Part shown: positions 26,221-41,040 of the stretch, piece by piece | Numbering within the stretch: the stretch's first letter is position 1 | Layout: each line of letters begins with the position of its first letter | Assembly: GCA_964016885.1 (NCBI GenBank) | Contig: OZ024758.1 | Coordinates: forward strand, 29,512,001-29,576,000 | Source: Eledone cirrhosa | Lineage: Eukaryota | Direction of reading: 5' to 3' | DNA length: 64,000 nucleotides | The notes under the pieces: generated by a model | The model's database searches: none | Told to the model about the DNA's origin: nothing | What the model saw: only the letters and a program-made list of their open reading frames with translations | Program-made: the position numbers and the translations under genes

Positions 26221-27485
26221 TCTACTAGAAATTGACTGTTTAACTAGAACTTCAAATATAGATACCTTTTAAAATGATTAATCTTCCTTGTATATATTTC
26301 ATTAAAGAAATATCGGTAAATTAATCGCTAAATCACAGTAGTCAAAAAAGGATTTTCAACAAGGGAGAAGATTTAACTATCGGTGTTTACACAGCAAATG
26401 CAAATCTGCAAATGACTAGTAGCACATGCTGCATTTTTAAAAAAAATACACACATCGTACCAGCGTCATCCCAGTGGGGTGAATATGATTATCGACAACT
26501 AGAAATAGTAGCCGAGTCCTTTCAACTGAGTTAGCTCTACAATTAAGGGGTCGTATATATATCCAAAATTAAATAAAGGGTGTCATGTCCGAGAGACATG
26601 CGCCACATCCACTGTAGAATATGCTCAAAGATTCCAATGAATAGATCCGAGCATTTTATATCAACTAGAAATTGATTGACTCATATATATATATATCTAA
26701 AATAAACACACAAAACAATCACGGGAAATAATTTGTAAAGTGTGTAAGCACACACAGCTAGGTAGGTAACTAATTAAAGTTTAGCTAGAACTTCAAAAAT
26801 AGATACCTTTTGAAATGATTAATCTTGCTTGTATATCTTTCTTTAAAGAGATATATTTCACCATTAATCGGTAAATCACAGTAGTCAAATCCCTTGTTGA
26901 AAATCCGGGATTTGACTACTGTGATTTACCGATTGATGGTGAAATATATTTAAGATATAAGATATAAGAATATCTCGTGTTGCTGCCATCATAAAATGTA
27001 CTCGTGTATAGGTCGATCTGAAAGTGAGTTTTTTGTCTATCGTCAATAGGCACGCGTGCGCTTCTATACATGTGTGTGCGCATGCGTGTGTGTGTGTTTG
27101 TGTGTGCGTGTGTGTAAATGTGTTTCTTGGTTTTATCAATGTGTACTGTACGTGTATGAGTGACTTTATGTGAATTATTAGTGGGTGTATGTTTGTGTTT
27201 GTGTGAGCGTGCGTTTGTGTCTATTTCTATGCGTATGTGTGTATATATATATGTGTGTGTGTGTGCAGGTGTGTGTTATGCAGGTGTCGTGATTATGTTG
27301 TATGTGTGTGCTATTCCGTGCGTGGAGTGCGTGTGTGTGTACCAAATGATAAGGGATATATATCCAGAGTCTGTATTCCGAAGTCTCAGTTGTTGGACTT
27401 CAGAAATTGAGTTAGGAGTATCTGTATTCCGGTGAGGAGAGAAGTATTATTGATAGCGCTCATCATAAGTTAAAAAACGCGTGTG

Positions 27486-27547
<62 letters not shown>

Positions 27548-27548
27548 T

Positions 27549-27820
27549 GTGTACAAGTGTAACGTAATAACGAACCAACCCAACAAACCTACATAAGCCT
27601 CACCGCCTGTGAATTTAAAACGAGACCTTACCAACACCTACCCATTTTCAGAAACTCAGCCCGTAGAAACGCAACGACACTATCCAGCCATATATGGGAC
27701 ATACGAGAAAACAGTAGGACTTTCAAATTGCAATGGAGTATCTTTTTCGAGGCTAAACCATACACTGGGGGCCATCTACCACGCAACCTCTGCTCCTAGG
27801 AGACCATACATATATTTTTC
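27549..27820 (+). mobile_element. Penelope-like GIY-YIG endonuclease fragment (paralogue ~47583-47854; deleted in copy 1)
   Basis: Manual translation across a frameshift: VYKCNV / TYISLTACEFKTRPYQH...TTLSSHIWDI...WSIFFEAKPY...RNLCS*E. Confidence 0.75.
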
Positions 27821-28304
27821 GTATGTATCTGGTATGTTGGATGAAGAAGTGTCAGGAGATGTTAGTGAAAGGAAGCTGCAGTAGAGAAACAGAGAAAAAT
27901 CTGGGCAGAAGTGGTTAGAGCTGATCTCAAAATACTGACCTCAATCAGAAACCAATATTATAAGTATGGGGGATTGGCTATATCGGTAGAGGGTTGGACA
28001 CCATGCTTTGCAGCATAGAGTTACGTCCCTTTACAATATGAGTTCAAATGTCAAAATTATACTTGGTAAATATTCTTAAATTTTATCAAATTCAGTAATT
28101 CTCCCTTTTTTTTCTTTCTAACTCTTTTTGATTGATTTTTTTTTATTGTAAATAATTTGTAATCAAATTTTGATAACTATTTTTTTGTTGCAAAATTGGT
28201 GTTCTTCTCAATGCTAGACAGAATGAGGTCATAGAGTTTGTCTTCTCCACACAGGCTTTGCAGTTTCCACTTAACTCTTTTATGACTATATTTCTAATGT
28301 AATA

Positions 28305-29203
28305 CTGTAAAGTGGCCATGTAGGTGTCACAACAAAAATTACCCAGTCCACACTGTAAAGTGGTTATGTAGGTGTCACAACAAAAAACACCCAGTCCACA
28401 CTGTAAAGTGGTCAAGTAGGTGTCACAAAAAAAGCACCCAGTCCACACTGTAAAGTGGTCAAGTAGGTGTCACAACAAATAGCACCCAGTTCACCCTGTA
28501 AAGTGGTCATGTAGGTGTCACAACAAAAAGCACCCAGTCCACACTGTAAAGTGGTCAAGTAGGTGTCACAACAAAAAACACCCAGTCCACACTGTAAAGT
28601 GGTCAAGTAGGTGTCACAGCAAAAAGCACCCAGCCCACACTGTAAAGTGGTCAAGTAGGTGTCACAACAAAAAGCACCCAGTCCACACTGTAAAGTGGTC
28701 AAGTAGGCATCACAACAAAAAGCACCCAGTCCACAATGTAAAGTGATCTAGTAGGTGTCACAACAAAAAGCACCCAGTCCACACTGTAAAGTGGTCAAGT
28801 AGGTGTCACAACAAAAAGCACCCAGTCCACATTGTAAAGTGGTCAAGTAGGTGTCACAACAAAAAGCACCCAGTCCACATTGTAAAGTGGTCAAGTAGGT
28901 GTCACAACAAAAAGCACCCAGTCCACAATGTAAAGTGGTCAAGTAGGTGTCACAACAAAAAGCACCCAGACCACACTGTAAAGTGGTCAAGTAGGTGTCA
29001 CAACAAAAAGCACCCAGTCCACATTGTAAAGTGGTCAAGTAGGCATCACAACAAAAAGCACCCAGTCCACATTGTAAAGTGGTCAAGTAAGCGTCACAAC
29101 AAAAAGCACCCAGACCACACTGTAAAGTGGTCAAGTAGGTGTCACAACAAAAAGCACCCAGTCCACACTGTAAAGTGGTCAAGTAAGTGTCACAACAAAA
29201 AGC
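28305..29203 (+). repeat. 48-bp minisatellite, copy 2
   Basis: Same unit as 5941-6841. Confidence 0.95.
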
Positions 29204-29980
29204 AACTAGTACACAAAGTAAATGTGGTTGGCGTTAGGAAGGTCATCCAGTGAGCCATAGAAACCAAGACAGAAACAGTTCTGTGTGAGAAAGACACGGT
29301 CACATGCATGTGGGAGAAGTGTTATGATTAAAATAAGTGAAACATGGCTGATGACATGGAGCAGCAAAGAAGGCTGGAAAAAATGGAAATGAGAATGGTC
29401 CGATGGATGAGGGGAGTATCACAGAGAGAGGAAGACAAACAATGAATTGCAGAGGATGAAAGGAATAAAGACAGTGATGAATGTTGTAAAAAGAAAATGG
29501 AATGAGATGGCTGGGTCATGTGCGGAGGAAGGATGAACATTATTGGATAAATGGAGTGGTTGGAATGAATCTGGAAGGTAGTAGAGAAAGGGGAAAACCA
29601 AGGAAGAGATGGCTAAAAATTATGGACATAAAACAGAAAGCTATGGAGTTGGAAAAGGGGGATCTAGAGGACAGGGCAACATTGAAAAGCATATCATGGA
29701 AACTACATGGCTAATCCCCACTTGAGTAGGGATTAGGCAGTTGTGGCATCGTTGTACACATAACGTATGAATATAGACGCCTGTTCAGTGTGGGAAACAT
29801 TTAGAGTTTCATCCATCGGGAACAGACTATTGCTGCAATGATTCCATTTAATATTAATTTTCTTACATAATTACATCAGCAGTGAAACACTTGATTATGT
29901 TGTCCTGAAAACAGTTTGAGAGAACTCACACCTATGATTTCGCTTTTGATATATTATATATCCTCTAGATGACATTGTTG

Positions 29981-32900
29981 GTGACACTGTCAGGTCTAGC
30001 TAACAGTTGGTCTAGTTCTTGGTGACACTGTCTGGTCTAGCTAACAGTTGGACTAGTTCTTGGTGACACTCTCTGGCCTAGCTAACAGTTGGTCTAGTTC
30101 TTGGTGACACTGTCTGGTCTAGCTAACAGTTGGTCTAGTTCTTGGTGACACTGTCAGGTCTAGCTAACAGTTGGACTACTTCTTGGTGACACTGCCAGGT
30201 CTAGCTAAAAGTTGGACTAGTTCTTGGTGACACTGTCAGGTCTAGCTAACAGTTGGACTAGTTCTTGGTGACACTGTCAGGCCTAGCTAACAGTTGGACT
30301 ACTTCTTGGTGAAACTGCCAGGTCTAGCTAACAGTTGGACTAGTTCTTGGTGACACTGTCAGGTCTAGCTAACAGTTGGACTAGTTCTTGGTGACACTGT
30401 CTGGCCTAGCTAACAGTTGGCCTAGTTCTTGGTGACACTGTCAGGTCTAGCTAACAGTTGGACTAGTTCTTGGTGACACTGTCAGGTCTAGCTAACAGTT
30501 GGACTAGTTCTTGGTGACACTGTCAGGTCTAGCTAACAGTTGGTCTAGTTCTTGGTGACACTGTCTGGCCTAGCTAACAGTTGGACTAGTTCTTGGTGAC
30601 ACTGTCAGGTCTAGCTAACAGTTGGACTAGTTCTTGGTGACACTGTCAGGTCTAGCTAACAGTTGGCCTAGTTCTTGGTGACACTGTCAGGTCTAGCTAA
30701 CAGTTGGTCTAGTTCTTGGTGACACTGTCAGGTCTAGCTAACGGTTGGACTAGTTCTTGGTGACACTGTCAGGTCTAACTAACAGTTGGACTAGTTCTTG
30801 GTGACACTGTCAGGTCTAGCTAACTGTTGGACTAGTTCTTGGTGACACTGTCAGGTCTAGCTAACAGCTGGACTAGTTCTTGGTGACACTGTCAGGTCTA
30901 GCTAACAGTTGGACTAGTTCTTGGTGACACTGTCAGGTCTAGCTAAAAGTTGGACTAATTCTTCGTGACACTGTCAGGTCTAGCTAACAGTTGGACTAGT
31001 TCTTGGTGACACTGTCAGGTCTAGCTAACAGTTGGACTAGTTCTTGGTGACAATGTCAGGTCTAGTTAACAGTTGGACTAGTTCTTGGTGACACTGCCAG
31101 GTCTAGCTAACAGTTGGACTAGTTCTTGGTGACACTGTCAGATCTAGCTAACAGTTGGACTAGTTCTTGGTGACATTGTCAGGTCTATCTAACAGTTGGA
31201 CTAGTTCTTGGTGACACTGTCTGGTCTAGCTAACAGTTGGACTAATTCTTGGTGACACTGGCTGGTCTAGCTAACAGTTGGACTACTTCTTGGTGACACT
31301 GTCTGGTCTAGCTAACAGTTGGACTAATTCTTGGTGACACTGTCAGGTCTAGCTAACAGTTGGACTAGTTCTTAGTGACACTGCCAGGTCTAGCTAACAG
31401 TTGGACTAGTTCTTGGTGACATTGTCAGGTCTATCTAACAGTTGGACTAGTTCTTGGTGACACTGTCAGGTCTATCTAACAGTTGGACTAGTTCTTGGTG
31501 ACACTGTCAGGTCTAGCTAACAGTTGGACTAGTTCTTCGTGACACTGTCAGGTCTAGCTAACAGTTGGTCTAGTTCATGGTGACACTGTCAGGTCTATCT
31601 AACAGTTGGACTAGTTCTTGGTGACACTGTCAGGTCTAGCTAACAGTTGGACTACTTCTTGGTGACACTGTCTGGTCTAGCTAACAGTTGGTCTAGTTCT
31701 TGGTGACACTGTCAGGTCTAGCTAACAGTTGGCCTAGTTCTTGGTGACACTGTCAGGTCTAGCTAACAGTTGGTCTAGTTCTTGGTGACACTGTCAGGTC
31801 TAGCTAACGGTTGGACTAGTTCTTGGTGACACTGTCAGGTCTAACTAACAGTTGGACTAGTTCTTGGTGACACTGTCAGGTCTAGCTAACTGTTGGACTA
31901 GTTCTTGGTGACACTGTCAGGTCTAGCTAACAGCTGGACTAGTTCTTGGTGACACTGTCAGGTCTAACTAACAGTTGGACTAGTTCTTGGTGACACTGTC
32001 AGGTCTAGCTAACTGTTGGACTAGTTCTTGGTGACACTGTCAGGTCTAGCTAACAGCTGGACTAGTTCTTGGTGACACTGTCAGGTCTAGCTAACAGTTG
32101 GTCTAGTTCTTGGTGACACTGTCTGGCCTAGCTAACAGTTGGACTAGTTCTTGGTGACACTGTCAGGTCTAGCTAACAGTTGGACTAGTTCTTGGTGACA
32201 CTGTCAGGTCTAGCTAACAGTTGGCCTAGTTCTTGGTGACACTGTCAGGTCTAGCTAACAGTTGGTCTAGTTCTTGGTGACACTGTCAGGTCTAGCTAAC
32301 GGTTGGACTAGTTCTTGGTGACACTGTCAGGTCTAACTAACAGTTGGACTAGTTCTTGGTGACACTGTCAGGTCTAGCTAACTGTTGGACTAGTTCTTGG
32401 TGACACTGTCAGGTCTAGCTAACAGCTGGACTAGTTCTTGGTGACACTGTCAGGTCTAGCTAAAAGTTGGACTAATTCTTGGTGACACTGTCAGGTCTAG
32501 CTAACAGTTGGACTAGTTCTTGGTGACACTGTCAGGTCTAGCTAACAGTTGGACTAGTTCTTGGTGACAATGTCAGGTCTAGTTAACAGTTGGACTAGTT
32601 CTTGGTGACACTGCCAGGTCTAGCTAACAGTTGGACTAGTTCTTGGTGACACTGTCAGATCTAGCTAACAGTTGGACTAGTTCTTGGTGACATTGTCAGG
32701 TCTATCTAACAGTTGGACTAGTTCTTGGTGACACTGTCTGGTCTAGCTAACAGTTGGACTAATTCTTGGTGACACTGTCTGGTCTAGCTAACAGTTGGAC
32801 TACTTCTTGGTGACACTGTCTGGTCTAGCTAACAGTTGGACTAATTCTTGGTGACACTGTCAGGTCTAGCTAACAGTTGGACTAGTTCTTAGTGACACTG

Positions 32901-34124
32901 CCAGGTCTAGCTAACAGTTGGACTAGTTCTTGGTGACATTGTCAGGTCTATCTAACAGTTGGACTAGTTCTTGGTGACACTGTCAGGTCTATCTAACAGT
33001 TGGACTAGTTCTTGGTGACACTGTCAGGTCTAGCTAACAGTTGGACTAGTTCTTCGTGACACTGTCAGGTCTAGCTAACAGTTGGTCTAGTTCATGGTGA
33101 CACTGTCAGGTCTATCTAACAGTTGGACTAGTTCTTGGTGACACTGTCAGGTCTAGCTAACAGTTGGACTACTTCTTGGTGACACTGTCTGGTCTAGCTA
33201 ACAGTTGGACTAATTCTTGGTGACACTGTCTGGTCTAGCTAACAGTTGGACTACTTCTTGGTGACACTGTCTGGTCTAGCTAACAGTTGGACTACTTCTT
33301 GGTGACACTGTCTGGTCTAGCTAACAGTTGCACTACTTGTTGGTGACACTGCCAGGTCTAGCTAAAAGTTGGACTAGTTCTTGGTGACACTGTCTGGCCT
33401 AGCTAACAGTTGGTCTAGTTCTTGGTGACACTGTCAGGTCTAGCTAACAGTTGGACTAGTTCTTGGTGACACTGTCAGGTCTAGCTAACAGTTGGTCTAG
33501 TTCTTGGTGACACTGTCAGGTCTAGCTAACAGTTGGACTAGTTCTTGGTGACACTGTCAGGTCTAGCTAACTGTTGGTCTAGTTCTTGGTGACACTGTCT
33601 GGCCTAGCTAACAGTTGGACTAGTTCTTGGTGACACTGTCAGGTCTAGCTAACAGTTGGACTAGTTCTTGGTGACACTGTCAGGTCTAGCTAACAGTTGG
33701 ACTAATTCTTGGTGACACTGTCAGGTCTAGCTAACAGTTGGACTAGTTCTTGGTGACACTGTCAGGTCTAGCTAACAGTTGGACTAGTTCTTGGTGACAC
33801 TGTCAGGTCTAGCTAACAGTTGGACTAATTCTTGGTGACACTGTCAGGTCTAGCTAACAGTTGGACTAGTTCTTGGTGACACTGTCAGGTCTAGCTAACA
33901 GTTGGACTAGTTCTTGGTGACACTGTCAGGTCTAGCTAACAGTTGGACTAGTTCTTGGTGACAATGTCAGGTCTAGCTAATAGTTTGACTAGTTCTTGGT
34001 GACACTGTCAGGTCTAGCTAACAGTTTGACTAGTTCTTGGTGACACTGTCAGGTCTAGCTAACAGTTGGACTAGTTCTTGGTGACACTGTCAGGTCTAGC
34101 TAACAGTTGGACTAGTTCTTGGTG
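29981..34124 (+). repeat. 41-bp satellite array, ~101 copies, with higher-order duplication
   Basis: Same unit; diagnostic variant monomers recur in the same order. Confidence 0.97.
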
Positions 34125-37100
34125 TAATTTAATTTCATGTGCCATGAAGCTTTTATAGTGAGCAAAGGCACTGCACAAAGCCAGTCCCACTCTCTTAACA
34201 TACATACATAGATACATACATACATACATACATACATACATACATACACACATGCCTATGCACACGCACATTTATACACATAAATATTAGCAGATTCACA
34301 TACACTCATACATGTTGATGGTATGTTTGTGTGAATATGTGCATATGCGCGTGTGCGCGCGCGCGTGTGTGTATGTGTGTGTGTATATGAGTGCGTATGT
34401 ATATGTGTGTGTATGTGTGTGTGTATGTATGTATATGTATGTTTGTGTGTGTATATGTGTGTTTGTGCGTGTATGTGTATTTGTTTGTGTGTATATGTGT
34501 TCATGTGGTGTGGTGTGTGTGGTGTGGTATGGTGTGTGTGGTGTGGTATGGTGTGTGTGGTGTGTGTGGTATGTGGTACGTGGTATGGTGTGTGTGGTGT
34601 GTGTGGTGTGTGGTATGGTGTGTGTATGTGGTGTGTGTGCTGTGTGGTATGGTGTGTGTGTGTGGTGTGTGTGTGTTGTGTATGTGGTGTGTGATATGGT
34701 GTGTGTGTGTGTGGTGTGTGGTATGGTGTGTGTGTGTGTGTGGTGTGTGGTGTGTGGTATGGTGTGTGTGTGTGTGTGTGGTGTGTGGTATGGTGCGTGT
34801 GGGTGTGTAGTATGGTGTGTGTGGTGTGTGTGTGTGTATGTGTGTGGTGTGTGTGTGGTGTGTGGTATGTGTGTGGTGTGATGTGTGGTATGGTGTGTGT
34901 GGTGTGTGTGTGTGGTGTGTGTATGTGTGTGGTGTGTGTGTGGTGTGTGTATGTGTGTGGTGTTTGTGTGTGGTGTGTGGTGTGTTGTGGTGTGTGTATG
35001 TGTGGTGTGTGTATGTGTGTGGTGTGTGTGTGTGTGGTGTGTGGTATGGTGTGTGTGGTGTGTGTATGTGTGTGGTGTGGTGTGTGGTATGGTGTGTGTG
35101 TGTGTGTGGTATGTGGTATGGTGTGTGTATGTGTGTGGTGTGTGTATGTGTGTGGTGTGGTGTGTGGTATGGTGTGTGGTATGGTGTGTGGTATGGTGTG
35201 TGTGTGTGGTGTGTGGTGTGGTGTGTGTATGTGTGTGGTGTGTGGTATGGTGTGTGGTATGTGTGTGTGGTATGGTGTGTGTGTGTGGTGTGTGGTGTGG
35301 TGTGTGTATGTGTGTGGTGTGTGGTATGTGTGTGGTATGGTGTGTGGTATGGTGTGTGTGTGTGGTGTGGTGTGTGTATGTGTGTGGTGTGTGGTATGGT
35401 GTGTGGTATGGTGTGTGGTATGGTGTATGTGTGTGGTGTGTGTGTGGTGTGTGTGTGGTGTGTGGTGTGGTGTGTGTATGTGTGTGGTGTGTGTGTGGTG
35501 TGTGGTATGTGTGTGGTGTGGTGTGTGTAGATTCACAACCATTCACATAGCCATTAAACCATTTAGTGAGATAGACAAGACACGTTTGCACGCTCAACAC
35601 ATGAAAACAATATTGTGATTAGGTTTCACAAAGCAGACGACATTTAATGACAGACTGGCCACACTTAATTATTGTAGCAACAAATAAGGCGACACTAATC
35701 AACTTTCACCGGACCCATCTTAACTAATTTCAGCAACCATTTTAGGGTCACACCTCCTCCTCCTTCCCCTCTCTCTACACCTCCCTAACATCCCCTCTCT
35801 CTTTCTCTCTTATTTCTTTCTCTTTCTTTATAGCTCACTTTCTTCTCTCTTTCTATCACCCACCCCTCTATCTGATGGTGGTTGTTTGTCTCTCTCTCTA
35901 ACTACCCACATACCCACCCACCTACCTACCTACCTACCTACCTACCTACCTACCCACCTACCTACCTACCTACCTACCTACCCACATACCCACCTACCCA
36001 CCATCCTACATACCCACCTACCTACCTACCTACCTACCCACCTACCTACCTACCTACCTACCTACCCACCTACCTACCTACCTACCTACCTACCTACCTA
36101 CCTACCTACCCACCTACCTACCTACCTACCTACCCACCTACCTACCTACCCACCTACCTACCTACCTACCTACCTACCTACCTACCTACCTACCTACCCA
36201 CATACCCACCTACCCACCATCCCACCTACCTACCTACCTACCTACCTACCCACATACCCACCTACCCACCATCCTACCTACCCAACTACCTACCTACCTA
36301 CCTACCTACCTACCTACCTACCTACCTACCTACCTACCTACCTACCCACCTACCTACCTACCTACCTACCCTCCTACCTACCTACCCACCTACCTACCTA
36401 CCTACCCACCTACCTACCTACCCACCATCCTACCTACCCACCTACCTACCTACCTACCTACCCACCTACCTACCTACCTACCTACCCACCTACCTACCTA
36501 CCTACCTACCTACCCACCTACCTACCTACCTACCTACCCACCTACCTACCTACCCACCTACCTACCTACCTACCTACCTACCTACCCACATACCCACCTA
36601 CCCACCATCCCACCTACCTACCTACCTACCTACATACCTACCCACATACCCACCTACCCACCATCCTACCTACCCAACTACCTACCTACCTACCTACCTA
36701 CCTACCTACCTACCCACCTACCTACCTACCTACCTACCCTCCTACCTACCTACCCACCTACCTACCTACCTACCTACCTACCTACCCACCTACCTACCTA
36801 CCCACCTACCTACCTACCCTCCTACCTACCTACCCACCTACCTACCTACCTACCTACCTACCCACCTATCTACCTACCCACCTACCTACCTACCTACCTA
36901 CCTACCTACCCACCTACCTACCTACCCACCTACCTACCTACCTATCTACCTACCTACCTACCTACCTACCTACCTACCCACCTACCTACCTACCTACCTA
37001 CCCACCTACCTACCTACCCACCTACCTACCTACCTACCTACCTACCCACATACCCACCTACCCACCATCCCACCTACCTACCTACCTACCTACCCACATA

Positions 37101-37572
37101 CCCACCTACCCACCATCCTACCTACCCAACTACCTACCTACCTACCTACCTACCTACCTACCTACCTACCTACCTACCTACCTACCCACCTACCTACCTA
37201 CCTACCTACCCTCCTACCTACCTACCCACCTACCTACCTACCCACCTACCTACCTACCTACCTACCTACCTACCCACCTACCTACCTACCCACCTACCTA
37301 CCTACCTACCTACCTACCTGTCTATGTATCCCTACCTACCTACCTACCTACCTACCTACCCACCTACCTACCTACCTACCTACCTACCTACCCACCTACC
37401 TACCTTCCCACCTACCTACCTACCTATCGACCTACCTACCTACCTACCTACCCACCTACCTACCTAACTACCCACCTACCCACCTACCTACCTATCTACC
37501 CACCTACCTACCTACCTACCTACCTACCTACCTACCTACCTACCTACCTACCTACCTACCTACCTACCTACC

Positions 37573-39039
37573 ACAGAGGGCCCGGTGAAGTTGCTCGGGG
37601 TCTGGTTCGGACCAGACCTCCAGGTGGAGAAGAACTGGGGTGAGGTAACGAACAGGGTGTTTGCACTGACCCAGAAGTGGGCCGAGTGCAAACTGTCCTT
37701 GAAAGGTCGGGCGGAGGTGGCGAACACTTATATAGCGTCCGTCATCTACTACCGCCTGACCGTTGTGCCTTGCCCAAGGGAAACGCTCGCCAAAATGGAG
37801 CGCGCACTCTTCCAATTCCTTTGGAAGAAGCGGGCTCCTATCGTGAGGAGATCCATCTGCTGTCAACACCCTTCGAAAGGAGGGCTGGGGATGTCGTGGC
37901 TAATGATACGTAAACACGCATTAAGGCTACGGCACCTTCAGGTATGGGCCACGTTTGTGAGGCGAGCCTTTCCCAGACTCGTCTCACTCACCGAGCTGCA
38001 ATCCTGGGTCAAGCAGAGACCAAGAAAACTGGGCGCCTGGCACACCGAGTGTGCCCAGGCGCTCACGGCTCTCTGGCAGGCGGACCCGGCTGTCAGTGGA
38101 GAATCCACCTCGTCATTCTATATAGGGCTGGTGGTTAGCAGGTGCGACGACGCCCTCGGAGAAGCCCTAGGCATGAAGGAAGACGAACTGGTCAACCTGT
38201 TCGGTAGGACATTCAGCCCGTGACCCATGGATAACTTCCAGAGGTCCCTGGCCTGGCAGTGCTACCGAGGGGCTCTGCCCGTTCGAGAAAGGCTCTACAG
38301 ACACCGGCGCCCGGGTAGGGACCCCTCGAAAAAGATCTGTCCCAGATGCGTGTGCGACGAGGAAACCGTTGCACACGCATTGGTACACTGCTCGGGCATT
38401 GCCGATCTGTGGGGATATGTCGAACAACTGCTGTCAAGGGTGGGACCGATCCGGTTGACCACTGAGTCTATTGTAACGATCAAGCCACCTCCCCTCTTCA
38501 AAAACGAAGGAGAGGCGGTGTTTCTGTGCGTAATAGCCATGGCGAAAGAGGTTGTATGGTGGACGTGTCTGAAAGGACTGAGGTCAGACACCTTTCTCTC
38601 TGGCCAACAACTGGTCCGTTTCTTCCGATATCATTTCGGAAGAAGGATCAGGATGGAGAGAGAGGTGCTGCACCCCAGCCGTTTTTATGAAAGATGGGTG
38701 AAAGTGGCGAGAATGGCCCGTGTGAATGGGCCTTCACTCTACATCAGACTATAGGTGAGGAAGATGAAAGACCAAGGGAGCACCCCCTCTCTGTGCTCCT
38801 GAGGAAAAGGGTTGCACACTTTTTTTCGGGGGAGTGTGCGACCCCCCCCCCCCCCTCCCAAGGCGCCTCCTCCCTATTGAGGATTTTGTTATAAAATTTA
38901 TTTTGTTATATTTTATTTTATTTTTATACTTTTATATCTTGTTATTGCCTCCTCCATATTGAGGACGCCTTTGCATGTAAACTCCCCCCTTTGTACTTGT
39001 CCCACTTTTGATGCCCTGGTGGCAAATAAAAAGAAAGTT
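37573..39039 (+). mobile_element. Tx1 copy A paralogue lacking its first ~1.1 kb
   Basis: (TACC)n joins directly to the equivalent of position ~14234. Confidence 0.9.
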
Positions 39040-39045
39040 ATCTAT

Positions 39046-41040
39046 GAAGAGGCACTTAGGCTGGGGCTTGTCGAAAACCTGGTGGGAGAAGCGCAGACAT
39101 GCGCAATCCCGACCAGGTCCATACACGACAACCTCCACCTCATGCTCTACATCATAGGGAGGGTAGGGTGGATCAGTCTAAGGCTTTCGATAGGGTTGAC
39201 CATGGTTACCTGGATGTGGTGCTCGAGGCGGCAGGCTTCGGTCCCGTGTTCAGGGGCTGGATTGCTGAAATGCTCAACAGCAACATCTGCTCAAGGGTCA
39301 AGGTGAACGGCCACCTCTCGGAGCCGTTCCATATCACGCGATCCATCCGACAGGGATGCCCTCTCCTCCCTTCTGTACGTACTGACTCTCGAGCCACTAC
39401 TGCGGAAGTTGGTGCTATTGCAGGGCATCCCTTTGGAACCGGGACTGCGAAAAGCGACGTGACAGTAATGGTGTCGAGCACCTCGTAAATCAGGGAGATC
39501 GGCACCTTACTGGAGAAATACGAAAGGTTCACAGGAGCGAAGCTGAACCGGGACAAATCCGTCGGTTTGCAACTCGGAACGTGGAGAGGCAAACCGATGC
39601 CTTCCGATGACGTCGTCGGACGCTGGACGGAAGGACCGGTAAAGCTGCTCGGGGTCTGGTTTGGTCCTGACCTCCAGGTGGAGAAGAACTGAACGAGGTG
39701 ACGGCCAAGGTGTTTGCGCTCACCCAGAAGTGGGCTGAGTGCAAACTCTCCTTGAAAGGTCGAGCGGAGGTGGCGAATACTTACATAGCGTCCGTCATCT
39801 ACTACCGCTTGACAGTCGTGCCTTGTCCCCGCGAATACCTCACCAAAATGGAACGCCTACTCTTTAAGTTCCTCTGGAAGAAACAGGCGCCATTGGTGAG
39901 AAGATCCATCTGCTGTCAACACCCTTCTAACGGAGGGCTGGGCATGCCGTGACTGATGATGCGCAAACATGCGCTGAGGCTACGCCATCTCCAGGTATTC
40001 CTGACCGGTGAACCGGTGTGGCTGTCGTTTGTGAGACAAGCTCTTCCACAACTCGTCTCACTAACAGAGCTGCAGTCTTGGGTCAAGCGAAGACCGAAAA
40101 TGGGTGCTTGGCACCTCGAGTGCCTTCAGGCGCTCACAGCCCTCTACCAAGCGGAAACGGCAATCAGCGGAGACGCCACTTCGACATTCTATAGGGGATT
40201 AGTGGAGGATAAGTGCGACGACGTTCTCGGGGAAACTCTAGGCATCGAGGAGGACGAACTAATCAGTCTGTTCGGGAGGACTTTCCGTCCAGGGTCTATG
40301 GATAACTTCCAGAGGTCTCTGGCCTGGCAGTGCTACCGAGTCAAAATCTACAGACACGGGGGCCCTGGCAGAGATCCTGCCAAAAGGACCTGTCCAAGAT
40401 GCGAGCAGGACATCGAAACCGTTCTGCACGCAATTGTTCAGTGCCCAGGGGTGACCGACCTGTGGAATTATGTCGAACAGCTACTGTCACGTGTGGGACG
40501 CATCCAGTTGTCAGCCGAGTCCATTGTGAGGATCAACCTGCCGCCTTCATTTAATAATGTAGGAGAGGCGGTTTTCCTCTGTCTGGTGGCTATGGCGAAA
40601 GAGGCAATATGGCGGACGAGGTTAAAAAGACTGAGGGCAAACACCTTTCTCTCCGGACAACAACTTATCCCCTTCAGAAGGAAGGTGAGAGTGGAGAGAG
40701 AGGTGCTACACCCCAGTAAATTCGCTGAAAGGTGGGTGATGTGGCGAAAATGGCCCGAATGAATGGGCCTTCTCTGTATATAAACCTGTAGGTTGAGGAA
40801 GATAAACAGGGGGAAGACAGGAACACCTACAAAACGTGTTCCTGGTGTTGAAGGTTGTTCTATCCACGGGGTGTAAAACAACCCTGCAGTAACGTTCCCC
40901 CCTACTGGGGATTTTAACTGTTATTTTATTATATATAGTTTATTGTTATTTATTAATGTTAAAGTTATATGATTTTTATGTAAAACCTCCGCCGTCACGT
41001 CTTGTAATGTCCCATTTTTGTACGCCCCTGTGGCAAATAA
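39046..41040 (+). mobile_element. Chimeric Tx1 B/C copy with internal deletions
   Basis: B-type sequence to ~39720, C-type afterwards; ~654-bp deletion with AGG microhomology at 39060. Confidence 0.88.
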
